Assembly (NCBI GenBank): GCA_964017825.1
Contig: CAXHMA010000007.1
Coordinates: 758-64,757 of the forward strand
Source: an uncultured Alphaproteobacteria bacterium
GTDB lineage: Bacteria; Pseudomonadota; Alphaproteobacteria; RF32; CAG-239
Direction: 5' to 3'
Length of the DNA stretch: 64,000 nucleotides
In this document: in pieces, positions 62,310 through 64,000 of the stretch
Numbering within the stretch: the first letter of the stretch is position 1
Layout of the letters: each line of letters starts with the position of its first letter
Notes under the pieces: model-generated
Database searches by the model: none
What the model was told of the DNA's origin: nothing
The model's input: only the letters and a program-made list of their open reading frames with translations
Made by a program: the position numbers and the translations under genes

Positions 62310-64000
62310 CTAGCTGTTTTTAGCCTTAACGGTTTCCGCAACTTCTCTCGGAACCTCAGCATAATGGTCAAACTGCATTGTAAACTGTGCGCGTCCCTGC
62401 GAGAGTGAACGCAATGTGTTTACATAGCCGAACATATTCGCCAAAGGAACTTGCGCATCAACCACGCGGGCGTTGCCGCGCTGATCCATGCCGCTGACCA
62501 GACCGCGTCTGGAGTTCAGGTCACCGATAATATCGCCCATATATTCTTCCGGCGTAACCACTTCAACCTTCATAATCGGTTCAAGCAGTTTGGCGTCAGC
62601 CTGACGCATACCTTCGCGGAATGCGGCGCGGGCTGCGATTTCGAAGCACATAACGTTCGAGTCAACCTCGTGGTATGCACCGTCATACAGCGTGCACTTA
62701 ACGCCGGTTACCGGATAGCCTGCGAGAACACCGGCATCCATTGCCGAACGCAAACCTTTTTCAACACCCGGAATATATTCCTTCGGAACGTTACCGCCGA
62801 CAACCGTATTGGCAAATTCAAACCCGGTATAGCCTTCCATCGGTTCAAATTTGATTTTAACCTTAGCGAACTGACCTGCACCGCCGGATTGTTTCTTGTG
62901 GGTGTATTCAATATCGCACGGTTTGGTAATCGTCTCGCGGTAAGCAACCTGCGGGTTACCGATGTTTGCTTCAACCTTGAATTCGCGTTTCAGACGGTCA
63001 ACGATAATGTCGAGGTGCAACTCGCCCATACCTTTAATGATGGTCTGGCCGGAATCAGGGTCTGAAGAAACTTTGAAAGACGGGTCTTCCATGGCCAAAC
63101 GCGACAAAGCCAAGCCCATTTTTTCAACGTCGGCTTTGGTTTTCGGTTCAACGGCCAATTCAATAACCGGATCCGGGAAAATCATGTTTTCCAAAACAAT
63201 CGGATTGCTTGCATCGCAAAGCGTATCACCGGTCGTTGTATCTTTAAGACCTGCCAGAGCGATAATATCGCCGGCATTGGCTTCTTTGATATCGTCACGC
63301 TTGTTGGCATGCATCAACAGCATACGGCCGATACGTTCTTTCTTATCTTTAACCGAGTTATAGATATAAGAACCGGCTTGCAACGTACCCGAATAAATAC
63401 GGGTAAATGTCAAAGAGCCGACAAACGGGTCATTCATGATTTTGAATGCCAAAGCAGACAGAGGCTGATTGTCATCGGCTTTGCGGGTAATAACTTCGTC
63501 AGTTCCCGGTTTAACGCCTTCAACATCCGGCAAATCCAGCGGAGAAGGCAGATAGTCGATAACGGCATCCAAAAGCGGCTGTACGCCTTTGTTCTTGAAT
63601 GCGGTTCCGCACAGTACCGGAACAAAAGACATGGTCAGCGTACCTTTACGAATGCACTTTTTCAAAGTATCAATAGAGATTTCTTTGCCTTCAAAATAGT
63701 CTTCCATGGCCTGATCGTCCATCTCAACAGCCATTTCAACCAATTTTGCATGATATTCTTCCGCTTTGTCCTTCAATTCGGCAGGAATTTCCGTAACGTT
63801 AATCGGAGCATCTGCCGTATCGCCGGTATAAACGATTGCTTTCATTTCCAGCAAATCAATCACGCCTTGGAATTCGGCTTCCGCACCGATCGGCAATTGC
63901 AGAGCCATCGGACGAGCGCCCAGACGGTCAACAATCATATCCAGACAGCGATAGAAGTTTGCGCCGATTCTGTCCATCTTGTTGCAGAAGCAGATTCTCG
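62310..64000 (-). CDS. fusA: elongation factor G (5-prime end lies beyond the window)
   Basis: The reading frame is open to the window edge. EF-G domains II-V are recognisable (e.g. [16 protein letters not shown]). The G domain lies largely outside the window. Confidence 0.95.
   Translation of the reverse strand, partial: RICFCNKMDRIGANFYRCLDMIVDRLGARPMALQLPIGAEAEFQGVIDLLEMKAIVYTGDTADAPINVTEIPAELKDKAEEYHAKLVEMAVEMDDQAMEDYFEGKEISIDTLKKCIRKGTLTMSFVPVLCGTAFKNKGVQPLLDAVIDYLPSPLDLPDVEGVKPGTDEVITRKADDNQPLSALAFKIMNDPFVGSLTFTRIYSGTLQAGSYIYNSVKDKKERIGRMLLMHANKRDDIKEANAGDIIALAGLKDTTTGDTLCDASNPIVLENMIFPDPVIELAVEPKTKADVEKMGLALSRLAMEDPSFKVSSDPDSGQTIIKGMGELHLDIIVDRLKREFKVEANIGNPQVAYRETITKPCDIEYTHKKQSGGAGQFAKVKIKFEPMEGYTGFEFANTVVGGNVPKEYIPGVEKGLRSAMDAGVLAGYPVTGVKCTLYDGAYHEVDSNVMCFEIAARAAFREGMRQADAKLLEPIMKVEVVTPEEYMGDIIGDLNSRRGLVSGMDQRGNARVVDAQVPLANMFGYVNTLRSLSQGRAQFTMQFDHYAEVPREVAETVKAKNS

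Noticed and set aside
1-64000. CRISPR arrays, rRNA genes or prophage structural modules
   Set aside because: I found no regularly spaced direct repeats with unique spacers, no rRNA-like sequence and no capsid, tail or terminase-like ORFs while reading the window.

Overview
This 64-kb chromosomal window comes from a moderately GC-rich bacterium. EF-Tu, DnaB and the gene content look alphaproteobacterial and host-associated, but that placement is low-confidence. All gene families were recognised by eye from motifs; no database search was run, and start codons are best guesses.

The window has five parts:
- **1-4.4 kb:** a tandem array of secreted paralogous proteins.
- **4.4-12.7 kb:** a housekeeping block with a YgjP-like peptidase, two YcgN paralogs, dnaB, galE and TerC.
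- **12.7-30.8 kb:** a visibly AT-rich accessory island of about 18 kb that ends at tRNA-Gln(UUG).
- **31-60 kb:** core genes (hppA, holB, rlpA, a PBP5-type carboxypeptidase, tmk, dxs, tcdA, tatD, alr, murF, nrdR, nusB, def), interspersed with possible effector-like genes (an LHH/HNH toxin-like protein, an ankyrin-repeat protein, a PPPDE-like protein and a MORN-repeat protein).
- **61-64 kb:** tuf and a partial fusA.

The island carries:
- a 2H-phosphoesterase-like gene;
- a split HipS/HipT-like kinase whose kinase subunit is fused to a degenerate CCA-enzyme HD/tail module and an unknown C-terminal domain;
- a nuclease-helicase of the DUF2075 type;
- a KAP NTPase convergent with an Mrr nuclease;
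- an orphan reverse transcriptase with its own consensus promoter and a stop-free ~190-nt leader;
- decayed tyrosine and serine recombinases;
- a porin;
- an NMNAT-PnuC-NDT-like-radical SAM operon behind a structured leader.

A roughly 105-130 bp hairpin repeat family sits at the 3-prime ends of four minus-strand genes. The most interesting candidates are the RT plus leader locus and the HipST-like fusion.
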